The position numbers and the translations under genes are program-made. 64,000 nucleotides of DNA from Acidobacteriota bacterium. GTDB taxonomy: Bacteria > Acidobacteriota > UBA890 > WLXD01. Under the pieces are notes generated by a model. The model searched no databases and was not told the DNA's origin. It saw only the letters and a list, made by a program, of their open reading frames with translations. Below, one piece after another: positions 8,948 to 17,434 of this stretch; position 1 is the first letter of the stretch; every line of letters starts with the position of its first letter. Where the stretch lies: assembly GCA_965205505.1 (NCBI GenBank), contig CBDBHB010000006.1:32001-96000 (forward strand). Direction: 5' to 3'.

Positions 8948-9035
8948 ATGCGACTTCGCGAGGACCATCGCGGAGTTACCCTTATCGAGGTCTGGCCCAG
9001 GGATGATTGGTCGATGGCGCTGGCGGTGCCGGGAG
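8948..9035 (+). pseudogene. Internally deleted pilin-like gene remnant (leader joined to a C-terminal-like motif)
   Basis: GGGAGG RBS then MRLREDHRG|VTLIEV, no hydrophobic helix, followed almost at once by RDDWSMALAVPG, which resembles the terminal GDDxxAxL motif. Confidence 0.5.
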
Positions 9036-9136
9036 ACGCCGCCGGCTCCGCTCCTTTCGTCGCTGCAAGGTCTCGGTCCGGATGCGACACCAACCAAGCG
9101 GGCGTGACGCGAGCCCGCCGGCACGCGGAGGCCGAG

Positions 9137-10075
9137 ATGCAACTCTTCAAGCAGATGTGCAAGAGACGACAAGGCGCCCAGGGTCCCGAGGGGAGACGCG
9201 GTGCCCAGGATGGCTTCACGCTGGTCGAGGTGGCGACGATTCTGCTGGCGCTCGGCGTGATGGCCGGCATGCTGGTGCCAAGCATCGGCCAGTTCAACTC
9301 TCTGGCGCGCCGGGTTCGTCTGAGCGAGGACCTCGGTGTGCTATGCACGGCCCTCAAGATGATGCTCGACGATGTCGGCGAGAGCACTTTCTGGGGAAGC
9401 TACGGTCGCAGCTATCAGACCGGCTACGCGGTCTCCGGTTACGGCGCTACGAGCGGCGGGCAGTCGAGCCCAGGTATGGCGAACGCTTATTCGACCGGCG
9501 TGAGCTACAACAGCGGCGGCTCCTACCAGGCGGCCGGGTTGCTGGTCGGCAACGGAGATATTCCAGCCTCGGCGATCGGCGCCACCCAGTGGCAGCTGCA
9601 GCGCGGCGCCACGTTCATCGCCGACACCGACGCGTACTATCAGGTCGGCCTGAGCTTCGTGGTCGACGGATTCGCGGACCAGCTCATCCACCATGGCGTG
9701 GTGACCACGTCCGACGCTATCGATGCTGGCGGCTATGGCTACAGTGGCCCACACAACCTGGGTCGCTACCCTGGGACGGTGGACTCCATGGACATGTTCC
9801 ACTGGCGCGGTCCGTACATCGCCGATCGCATCAATGCCGATCCGTGGGGCAACCGCTACATGGCAAATGTCTTCGCCCTGCACCTGCCGCCGGCTACGCT
9901 GTACAACACCCATGCGTACTGGCGCCGCCATCAGCCGTTCTTCAGCTCGGCCGTGGTCTGTTACTCGGCGGGGCCGAACGAGCAGATCGAGACCGCCTTC
10001 GACCAGCCCTGGGGCTGGTACACGGGTGGCGACGATCAAACCGCCGTGCTGGCAGGGGTAGGCGGGATCCGGTAA
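9137..10075 (+). CDS. Type IV pilin-like / GspG-like protein 7
   Basis: ATG after GGAGG; DG|FTLVEV; Gly/Ser/Tyr-rich insert; WRGPYI...DPWGNRY...YSAGPN...GGDD. Confidence 0.9.
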   Translation: MQLFKQMCKRRQGAQGPEGRRGAQDGFTLVEVATILLALGVMAGMLVPSIGQFNSLARRVRLSEDLGVLCTALKMMLDDVGESTFWGSYGRSYQTGYAVSGYGATSGGQSSPGMANAYSTGVSYNSGGSYQAAGLLVGNGDIPASAIGATQWQLQRGATFIADTDAYYQVGLSFVVDGFADQLIHHGVVTTSDAIDAGGYGYSGPHNLGRYPGTVDSMDMFHWRGPYIADRINADPWGNRYMANVFALHLPPATLYNTHAYWRRHQPFFSSAVVCYSAGPNEQIETAFDQPWGWYTGGDDQTAVLAGVGGIR

Positions 10076-10130
10076 TCCGGTAATTAGTCACCTCAAGCTA
10101 TTTTTGGCCATTCTTGACCGCTCAGGATAT

Positions 10131-10170
10131 GACAAGGACGGCCATGGACGGACAAGTGCTGTCATGGGAA
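10131..10170. repeat. Head-to-tail direct repeats with 10-bp period (GHCAWG) in the intergenic region
   Basis: GACAAG 10131, GCCATG 10141, GACAAG 10151, GTCATG 10161; GGACG at 10136 and 10146. Confidence 0.55.
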
Positions 10171-10298
10171 TGAAAAAATTGCTTATGTCATTATGAGCTA
10201 GCATCGATCTGTCCGGATTAGCGAAGATTTGGCCGTCGGGAGGCTGCGAATAACCTCCCGGCGGCTTTTCTCGTCTGTCCTTCCACCCCGGACGTTCG

Positions 10299-11270
10299 AT
10301 GATCCACATCGAGAATCTGACCAAGTGCTTCGGTTCGGTCGCCGCCCTGGACCGCGTCTCGTTCGACGTCGCTGCCGGCGAGGTTGTCGGGCTGCTGGGT
10401 CCGAACGGCGCTGGCAAGACCACCACCATGCGTATCCTGACGGGTGCGATGCCCCCCACCTCGGGCTTAGTCCAGGTTGCCGGGCGTGACGTCGCGCGCC
10501 AGCCCTTGGCGGTGAAGCGGCACGTCGGCTATCTGCCCGAGGTTCCGCCGCTCTATCCGGAGATGCGCGTCCGCGCGTACCTGATGTTCGTGGCCGAGCT
10601 CAAGGGTTTGCGCAAGTCGGAGCGCGCCGCCGCGGTCGAGCGCGCCCTCACCCTGTGCTGGCTCGAGGATCGAGCCGGGCAGCCAATCGAGCAGCTTTCC
10701 AAAGGCTACAGGCAACGCGTCGGGCTGGCGCAGGCGATCCTGCACTCACCTGACCTGCTGGTTCTCGACGAGCCGACCTCTGGGCTCGACCCGCGTCAGA
10801 TCATCGAGGTACGCCAGCTCATTCGCGAGCTCGCCGGCGAGCACACGGTGATTCTGTCGAGCCACATCCTCAACGAGATCGCCGCGTCCTGCGAGCGGCT
10901 CGTCGTGCTGCACCGGGGAGCGGTCGTTGCCACCGATACGGTGGCGGCGCTGACCAAGCGATTCAGCGGTGGCCAGAAGATCGTATTGCAGGCTCGCGGC
11001 GACGTCGACGCGATGCGTCGCGCGCTTCGGACCGTCGCCGGCGCCGACAACGTCGCCCTGGTCGACGACACCGAGCCCGGTTGCTGGCGCTGCGAGGTTG
11101 CGACGCCGGCCGACAGAGACCTCCGCCCGCAACTCGCGGCGGCGATTGTTAACGGCGGCTGGGAGCTTGTCGGCATAAGCCGTATCGAGCTCAGCCTCGA
11201 GCAAATTTTCCTACGACTTACCGAGGAGCCCGATTCTGATGACGTCGACGAAGAGCCGCGTGTAGCCTGA
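10299..11270 (+). CDS. ABC transporter ATP-binding protein (GldA/PilH-like)
   Basis: GPNGAGKTT, LSKGYRQRVGLAQA, LLVLDEPTSGLDP, SSH. Confidence 0.93.
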   Translation: MIHIENLTKCFGSVAALDRVSFDVAAGEVVGLLGPNGAGKTTTMRILTGAMPPTSGLVQVAGRDVARQPLAVKRHVGYLPEVPPLYPEMRVRAYLMFVAELKGLRKSERAAAVERALTLCWLEDRAGQPIEQLSKGYRQRVGLAQAILHSPDLLVLDEPTSGLDPRQIIEVRQLIRELAGEHTVILSSHILNEIAASCERLVVLHRGAVVATDTVAALTKRFSGGQKIVLQARGDVDAMRRALRTVAGADNVALVDDTEPGCWRCEVATPADRDLRPQLAAAIVNGGWELVGISRIELSLEQIFLRLTEEPDSDDVDEEPRVA

Positions 11271-11285
11271 CGGAAAAGGAGAAGG

Positions 11286-12083
11286 TTGATGCGCGGAGCC
11301 TGGGCAATCTGCAAGCGTGAGCTACACAGCTATTTCGTGTCGCCGGTAGCGTACGCACTCATGGCGGTGTTCTGGCTCGCCGAGTCAGTGTTCTTCATTT
11401 CCATTCTGAACTATTGGGCGGTGCAAGGACGCAGCGCCGACGTTCGGGCCGAGCAACTCGGGCCGCAAGGCAACTTGCTCAACGTGCCGGCAATGATCGG
11501 CACCAGCTTCCTCGATATCACGGCGTGGCTGCTGGTGTTCATACTGCCGATCGTGGCGATGGCGCTGCTGGCGGAAGAGAAGCGACGCCGCACCATGGAG
11601 CTACTGCTCACCTCACCGGTCACCAATGCCGGCATCATGTGGGGCAAGTTCTTCGGCGCCTATCTGTTCTTGGTGGCGTTGCTGGCACCGACCTTCTGTT
11701 TCCAATACGTGCTCGCGTACTTCGGCGCCAACGAGCCGGCGGTCTGGATTACCGGTTACCTCGGGCTGCTGCTGCTGGCCGCGGCCATGCTGGCCGCGAC
11801 GCTGTGGGTATCGGCGCTAACCGAGAGCCAGGTTGTGGCGGCGTTCGGCGGCTATGGCCTGCTGCTGATCTTCTGGTTCGTCGACGCGCCCGCGAACCTG
11901 CTGCCCAGCATCTGGCAGGACGGCGTTCGCTGGCTGTCATTGCATCACCACTTCGGCGACTTCCGCGTCGGTGTGATCAGCCTGCCAGACGCCAACTACT
12001 TGCTCTGGTTCACCGCCTTCTTCTTGTTCATGACCCACCTGGCTCTCGAGAGCTTGCGGTGGCGAGGAGTGCGCAGCTCATGA
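11286..12083 (+). CDS. ABC-2 permease (GldF/PilI-like)
   Basis: KRELHSYFVSPVAY, AEEKRRRTMELLLTSP, GKFFG; multiple TM helices. Confidence 0.9.
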   Translation: MMRGAWAICKRELHSYFVSPVAYALMAVFWLAESVFFISILNYWAVQGRSADVRAEQLGPQGNLLNVPAMIGTSFLDITAWLLVFILPIVAMALLAEEKRRRTMELLLTSPVTNAGIMWGKFFGAYLFLVALLAPTFCFQYVLAYFGANEPAVWITGYLGLLLLAAAMLAATLWVSALTESQVVAAFGGYGLLLIFWFVDAPANLLPSIWQDGVRWLSLHHHFGDFRVGVISLPDANYLLWFTAFFLFMTHLALESLRWRGVRSS

Positions 12084-13516
12084 GCGCCGCCGTCAACCCC
12101 GAGCCACGCCTGCAACGGCTTCGGCAGCTGTTCGCTACCAGCCTGCGAGTGACCGAGTGGACGTTCGCTGGCCTGCGCCTTGTGCTGTTTCTGGTCTGTG
12201 CGTTCCTAGTGAGCTGGGTGGTCACCTACAACCCGCTGACCTGGGACTTCACCGAAGCACAGCTGTTCAGTCTGTCGGCTTCCAGCCGAGCGGCGCTGAA
12301 CACGCTCGATCAGCCGGTGACCCTGACGGCGTTTGTCCAGGGCGCCAAGGATCCGAGTGTCGAGCGTCTGTTGAAAGCCTACGCCGACGGTTCTTCCATC
12401 GAGTATCGGCTGGTCGACCCTGAGGCTGAGCCGGCGCTCGCCCAGGCGCACCAGGTACGCACGTATGGGACATTGATCATCGAGGCCGGCGACTCCGTTC
12501 GCCGCGCCGACGGTCCGAGCGAGCCGGCGATCACCAACGCCATCCTCGCGGCGACGCGGGGCGATGCGGTGCCCGTCTGCTTCTTGTCGGGGCACGGCGA
12601 GCGGGTACCTGTCGACAAGGGTCGCGGCGGCTTCTCGGCTGCCGTCACCGCATTGAGGCAGGTCAACTACGAGCCACTTCAGCTCAACCTGGCCATGGGT
12701 CAGGCGGCCGACGACTGCCGCGTCATCCTCATCGCCGGGCCGAGCACCGACCTGCTGTCGGAGGAGCGCGCCGCCCTGGAATCCTATCTACAGAACGGCG
12801 GCCGGCTGATGGCGATGCTCGAGAGCAATACCGACCTGCCCGAGATCGAGGCCTTGGTCGCCGCCTATGGCCTTCAGATCAACGCCGATTTCATCATCGA
12901 TACCGGGCGCAACGGACAGGACTTTGGCCTCGGCGTACAGGTGCCGATGGTCGATCGGTACGAGCCCCACCCGATTACCGACGGCTTCGGCGCCATGACG
13001 CTATTCAGCATGCCGCGATCGATCACCATCGACACATTGCCCGAAGGCATCGACGCCCGCGCCCTGGCCAGTAGCACCCCGTCGTCGTGGGGCGAGACCG
13101 ATTTCGAGCGCGCGTCGATGGCGCGCTGGGACGAGGGGGTGGATCGTCAGGGTCCGCTGCCGCTCGTCGTGGCGGTGTCGGAGTTGCTCGACGAGACGCC
13201 CCGAGCGTTCCGCGAGCGTCAGCGCACCGGCGAGCCGGCACCGGTGGGTGAGCCGATCCTGGTCGCCATCGGTGACGTCGAGTTCGCCACCAACGCCTTC
13301 TTCAATTGGCAGGGCAACGGCGACCTGTTCGTGAATTTGGTGAGCTGGTTGGCCGGGCAGGAGGAGCTCATCTCGATCCTTCCGAAGGAGGTATCGAACA
13401 AGCGCGTCCTGCTGACCGAAGGGCAAAAGGCCCTCACCTTCGCACTGCTGGTGATCCTGCTCCCCGCCGTACCTGCCGTTGCCGGCGTCGTCATGATGGT
13501 CAAGAGGGTTAAATAA
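12080..13516 (+). CDS. GldG-like ABC auxiliary membrane/periplasmic protein
   Basis: WDFTEAQLFSLS, FLSGHGE, LIAGP, SSWGETD, GNGDLFVNLVSWL; N- and C-terminal TM segments; ATGA overlap. Confidence 0.85.
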   Translation: MSAAVNPEPRLQRLRQLFATSLRVTEWTFAGLRLVLFLVCAFLVSWVVTYNPLTWDFTEAQLFSLSASSRAALNTLDQPVTLTAFVQGAKDPSVERLLKAYADGSSIEYRLVDPEAEPALAQAHQVRTYGTLIIEAGDSVRRADGPSEPAITNAILAATRGDAVPVCFLSGHGERVPVDKGRGGFSAAVTALRQVNYEPLQLNLAMGQAADDCRVILIAGPSTDLLSEERAALESYLQNGGRLMAMLESNTDLPEIEALVAAYGLQINADFIIDTGRNGQDFGLGVQVPMVDRYEPHPITDGFGAMTLFSMPRSITIDTLPEGIDARALASSTPSSWGETDFERASMARWDEGVDRQGPLPLVVAVSELLDETPRAFRERQRTGEPAPVGEPILVAIGDVEFATNAFFNWQGNGDLFVNLVSWLAGQEELISILPKEVSNKRVLLTEGQKALTFALLVILLPAVPAVAGVVMMVKRVK

Positions 13517-13606
13517 GGTTTTCGAGAATGTTCTACAATGTTATTCTGTGAAATATTAACTAATACAGTTTATTAAAGGCCAACGTAGTCTCTCAGAGGT
13601 CCGAAC

Positions 13607-15361
13607 ATGCAGCACGTAGACAACCAGAACGCCTACGGTGGCTCCAATGGGCATTCGCCCAGTGGCCCTGTGTCGGTGCGTCTCGGCGACTATCTCGTCG
13701 ATCGCCGCCAGCTGACGCGCCAGCAGCTCGATGACGTGCTGGCGCGGCAGATTGCCGGCGATGGTGCGCTTCTCGGACAGGTACTGGTTAATCAGGGCCT
13801 GCTCACCGAGGAGACGCTGGCGCGTGCCCTCGCTGACATGGCCGGCGTTGCCTTCCGCGAGTTCCGGCCGGATGAGGTCGAGAACGCCGCCGTGCAGGCG
13901 GTACCGCGCGACGTACCACCACGCTTTCAGGTCATGCCCGTGGCCGTTTCCGGCAGCAGCCTGCTGGTCGCCTGTGCGGATCCGTTCGACATCCTCGCCA
14001 TTGACGAGATCGAGCGTCGTACAAACTTCCAGGTGAAGCAGTTCTGCGCCACCGAGGGCGACGTTCGCCGCGCCATCGACCGGTATTACGGCGGTGCCGG
14101 CGTGCTGGAGGGCCTGGTCAGCGAGACGGTGCAGCGACAGGACGCCGAGCGCCAGAACGTGGCGCGCGGCGGCATCTTCGTTTCCGACCCCGGCGCCTCC
14201 GCCGATGAGCCGATGGTGCGCCTGGTCGACGAGATCCTCAACCAGGGGCTACGCCTGCGCGCCACCGATGTTCACATCGACCCTGAGGAAGAGATCGTAC
14301 GGGTGCGCTATCGCGTCGATGGGCTCCTGCAGCAAGGACCGTTGCTTCCGAAGCAGATCCAGCACTCGCTGATTTCGCGCATCAAGATCATCGCCAGTCT
14401 CGATATCGCCGAGCAACGACTGCCGCAGGAAGGCCATCTTACCTACCGCGTTGCCTCCAAAGAGGTCGATCTTCGTGTCTCCTGCTTCCCGACGGTGTTC
14501 GGCGAGAAGGTTGCCCTGCGTCTGCTCGAGCGGCAGATGCTATTCCGCGGGCTGGGCGAGCTCGGCCTCGAGGGCTCCACGCTGGAGATGCTCGAGGACT
14601 CCGTGAAGCGAACCAAGGGAATCGTGCTGCTCACCGGGCCGACTGGCTCGGGTAAGACGACGACCCTCTACACGATGCTGTCGCACCTCGACATGCTCGC
14701 TAACAACATCGTGACGCTCGAGGATCCGGTCGAGTATCGCATTCCGGAGATCCGCCAGAGCCAGATCAACACCCGTGCCGGCTTCACTTTTGCGACCGGT
14801 ATGCGTTCGGTGCTGCGGCAGGATCCAGACGTCATTCTGCTCGGTGAGATTCGCGATCCGGAGACCGCAGGGCTGGCCATGCGAGCCGCGTTGACCGGCA
14901 TCCTGGTGCTCTCGACGCTGCATACCAACGAGGCGGCGGGCACGTTCCCGCGCCTCATCGATATGGGGCTCGAGCCCTATCTGATCGGCTCCACGATGAT
15001 CTCCACCGTTGCCGAGCGGCTGGTACGCAAGGTGTGCAAGCACTGCGCCGAGGTCGTACAGCCCGACATGGGGATGCTCGTGCGGCTTGGCCTCGAGGGT
15101 GAGCCACTGGATGGCGAATGGTTGCGCGGCGCCGGCTGCCACCTCTGCGGAGATAGTGGCTACGTTGGTCGCACCGGCATCTTCGAGATCCTGATGGTCA
15201 GCGACGCGATTCGCGAAACGATCAAGCACCAGGCAGATACGCGGGCGATTCGCGAGATCGCCATGCGGGAAGGAATGCGCACGCTCATGCAGCACGGCCT
15301 CGAGGTCGTGCGGCGTGGCCAGACTACTTTGGAGGAGCTCGGGCGCGTCGGGCGCGAGTAA
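13607..15361 (+). CDS. pilB: PilB/GspE/MshE-family assembly ATPase
   Basis: N-terminal RLGDYL...LLGQVL (MshEN-like), ATDVHIDP, GPTGSGKTTT, TLEDPVEY, LRQDPDVILLGEIRD, STLHTN, CxxC...CxxC. Confidence 0.93.
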   Translation: MQHVDNQNAYGGSNGHSPSGPVSVRLGDYLVDRRQLTRQQLDDVLARQIAGDGALLGQVLVNQGLLTEETLARALADMAGVAFREFRPDEVENAAVQAVPRDVPPRFQVMPVAVSGSSLLVACADPFDILAIDEIERRTNFQVKQFCATEGDVRRAIDRYYGGAGVLEGLVSETVQRQDAERQNVARGGIFVSDPGASADEPMVRLVDEILNQGLRLRATDVHIDPEEEIVRVRYRVDGLLQQGPLLPKQIQHSLISRIKIIASLDIAEQRLPQEGHLTYRVASKEVDLRVSCFPTVFGEKVALRLLERQMLFRGLGELGLEGSTLEMLEDSVKRTKGIVLLTGPTGSGKTTTLYTMLSHLDMLANNIVTLEDPVEYRIPEIRQSQINTRAGFTFATGMRSVLRQDPDVILLGEIRDPETAGLAMRAALTGILVLSTLHTNEAAGTFPRLIDMGLEPYLIGSTMISTVAERLVRKVCKHCAEVVQPDMGMLVRLGLEGEPLDGEWLRGAGCHLCGDSGYVGRTGIFEILMVSDAIRETIKHQADTRAIREIAMREGMRTLMQHGLEVVRRGQTTLEELGRVGRE

Positions 15362-15365
15362 GCAC

Positions 15366-16571
15366 ATGCCGAGGTTCAACTACGTCGCCAAGAACGAGGC
15401 CGGCGCCACGATCAAGGGGATCGAGAGCGCCGCGTCGCGCGAGCGCCTGGCCGATCAGCTCGCTGGTCGCGGCCTGTACCTGGTGCGCGCCCAAGGCGGC
15501 GACCTGTCAAGCATCCACATCGAGCTCATTACCAAGAAGGATCTGGTGCTGTTCACATCGCAGCTCATCCCCATCGTTGCGACTGGCGTGCCGATGTTGA
15601 CGGGACTCAAGGACCTCGAGGAAGCGGTCCAGAAACAGAAGCTCAAGAGCGTCGTGCGCGGTCTGCGCGCCGGACTCGAGCGAGGCGAAAGCCTGTCGGG
15701 TGCGATGGTGCGTTATCCGAACGTCTTCTCCGAAGTCTACGTAAACACGGTGCGCGCCGGCGAGGAGTCTGGACATCTCGAGGCATCGCTGGTCGAGTTG
15801 CGCGACTTTCTCGAGTGGAACCTCGACATGCGGCAGCGCATTCAAAACATCCTCGCGTATCCGCTGCTGGTTGTCTTCGCGCTCATCGGCCTGAACGTCG
15901 TGCTGGTGACGTTCGCGATCCCGAGATTCGAGCAGCTATATACATCGTTGCAGACCAACGAGGACTTCGCGCTGCCTCTACCGACCCGGATCGTGATGGC
16001 CTACAGTCGGCTGTTTACCGACTTCTGGCCGGCGGTGCTCCTGGTGCTACTGGGCGCAACGATCGCTTTTCTCGTGTGGACGAGCACGCGGGCTGGCCGC
16101 ATCGGTTGGGATCGCCTGAAGCTGCGGCTGCCGATCATTGGCGGTCTGCTGCGCAAGGTCTGCTTTTCGCGTTTCGCCCACCACTTCGGAACCATGCACT
16201 CGTCTGGAGTGGGCGTGACCCGGGCGCTCGAAGTGGTCAAGGGCGCGGTGGGGAACGAGTATCTCGCCAGCGTGGTCGAGTACGTCAACCGCCGCGTGCG
16301 TAGCGGCCAAGGGCTGGCGTCGGCGATGCGCGAGACAAACGAGTTCCCGAGCGTCGTGGTGCAAATGGTATCGACTGCCGAGCGCACCGGAAAGATGCAG
16401 GAGGCGCTCGCCAACGTCATCCGGTTCTTCGATCGCGAGGTCGACGCCGCAGTACGCCGCGTGACCACTTATATGGGCCCGATCCTGCTGATCGTCCTGG
16501 CAGCGGTCCTCGTGCTCATGGGTACGGCGTTCTACCTACCGCTCCTCAGATTGGTGACCACGATCCAATGA
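15366..16571 (+). CDS. pilC: PilC/GspF/MshG inner-membrane platform protein
   Basis: GESLSGAM..YPNVFS, AGEESG, LAYP, FAIPRF, LPLPTRIV, AFYLPL. Confidence 0.93.
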   Translation: MPRFNYVAKNEAGATIKGIESAASRERLADQLAGRGLYLVRAQGGDLSSIHIELITKKDLVLFTSQLIPIVATGVPMLTGLKDLEEAVQKQKLKSVVRGLRAGLERGESLSGAMVRYPNVFSEVYVNTVRAGEESGHLEASLVELRDFLEWNLDMRQRIQNILAYPLLVVFALIGLNVVLVTFAIPRFEQLYTSLQTNEDFALPLPTRIVMAYSRLFTDFWPAVLLVLLGATIAFLVWTSTRAGRIGWDRLKLRLPIIGGLLRKVCFSRFAHHFGTMHSSGVGVTRALEVVKGAVGNEYLASVVEYVNRRVRSGQGLASAMRETNEFPSVVVQMVSTAERTGKMQEALANVIRFFDREVDAAVRRVTTYMGPILLIVLAAVLVLMGTAFYLPLLRLVTTIQ

Positions 16572-17434
16572 GCATGATCGAGCTGAAATCGAGCCTCAGG
16601 CGAGCGCCGGGATCCGAGCACGGCATCGGCATGCTCGAGATGACGCTGTTGCTCGGCGCCATGGTGATTCTCGCCGCCGCCGTCGCCCCGTCGTTGCTAC
16701 GCGTCTTGCAAGACCAGCGCCACGAGCAGGTGATGGACGAGTTGAAGGCCATCCACACTGCCGTCAACGGTGACGAGTCCGACAAGACCTTCGGCTTCGT
16801 TGGCGATATCGGCCGCTTCCCGGTGCAGTTGACCGAGCTCGTCGAGGCCGTCGATCTCCAGCCCTTCCGTATCTCCGAGGAGACCGCAGTTGGCTACGGC
16901 TGGAGCGGGCCCTACCTGAATCGTGGGATCGGTACCGAGGACTGGGCCACCGATGCATGGGGCAACCGCTACGACATCGGCGCTGTTGGCGACGGCCAGG
17001 TTCGCAGCGCCGGCCCGAACGGCAAATACGACGACGACGATGACCTCGTCTACCCGCCCGGTCCGGTGAACCCGTATGGCAACGTCGTGGTGACCATCCG
17101 CGGCCATGGCGATGGTGCCATCGTCAGCGACCCCGAGGGCTGTGGCGTCATCCTGTTCTATTCGGAGGAGGGCGAGGAGGCTCAGGTGGTCGACGAGACG
17201 GCTCCCTACTCGTTCACCAACGTGCACCGCGGTGTCCACGCCGTCTACATCGCTTGCGATCGACACGACGGTGGTGTGGCCGAGGAGATCGGCATCGTCA
17301 CGGTCCGGGGCGGTGGCTCGCAGCAAGTAGTCGAGCTCCACGCCGCGCTCGGCGACACGGTCATCGACGACGCCGAACCCGCGGACGACGCGTCTGAACT
17401 CAACCGGCAGCGGCCGGTCAACGGCCAGAGGTGA
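16568..17434 (+). CDS. Pilin-like / GspG-like protein 8 with an extra C-terminal beta-rich domain
   Basis: Atypical G|IGMLE motif plus hydrophobic helix; GFVGDIGRFP, WSGPYL, DAWGNRY, SAGPNG..DDDD. Confidence 0.82.
   Translation: MSMIELKSSLRRAPGSEHGIGMLEMTLLLGAMVILAAAVAPSLLRVLQDQRHEQVMDELKAIHTAVNGDESDKTFGFVGDIGRFPVQLTELVEAVDLQPFRISEETAVGYGWSGPYLNRGIGTEDWATDAWGNRYDIGAVGDGQVRSAGPNGKYDDDDDLVYPPGPVNPYGNVVVTIRGHGDGAIVSDPEGCGVILFYSEEGEEAQVVDETAPYSFTNVHRGVHAVYIACDRHDGGVAEEIGIVTVRGGGSQQVVELHAALGDTVIDDAEPADDASELNRQRPVNGQR

Noticed and set aside
3528-9860. Recurring ~21-nt GAYCCNTGGGGCAACCGCTAC as a CRISPR-like or DGR repeat
   Set aside because: It encodes the conserved DPWGNRY motif inside paralogous CDSs, spacing is irregular, and no cas or reverse transcriptase gene is present
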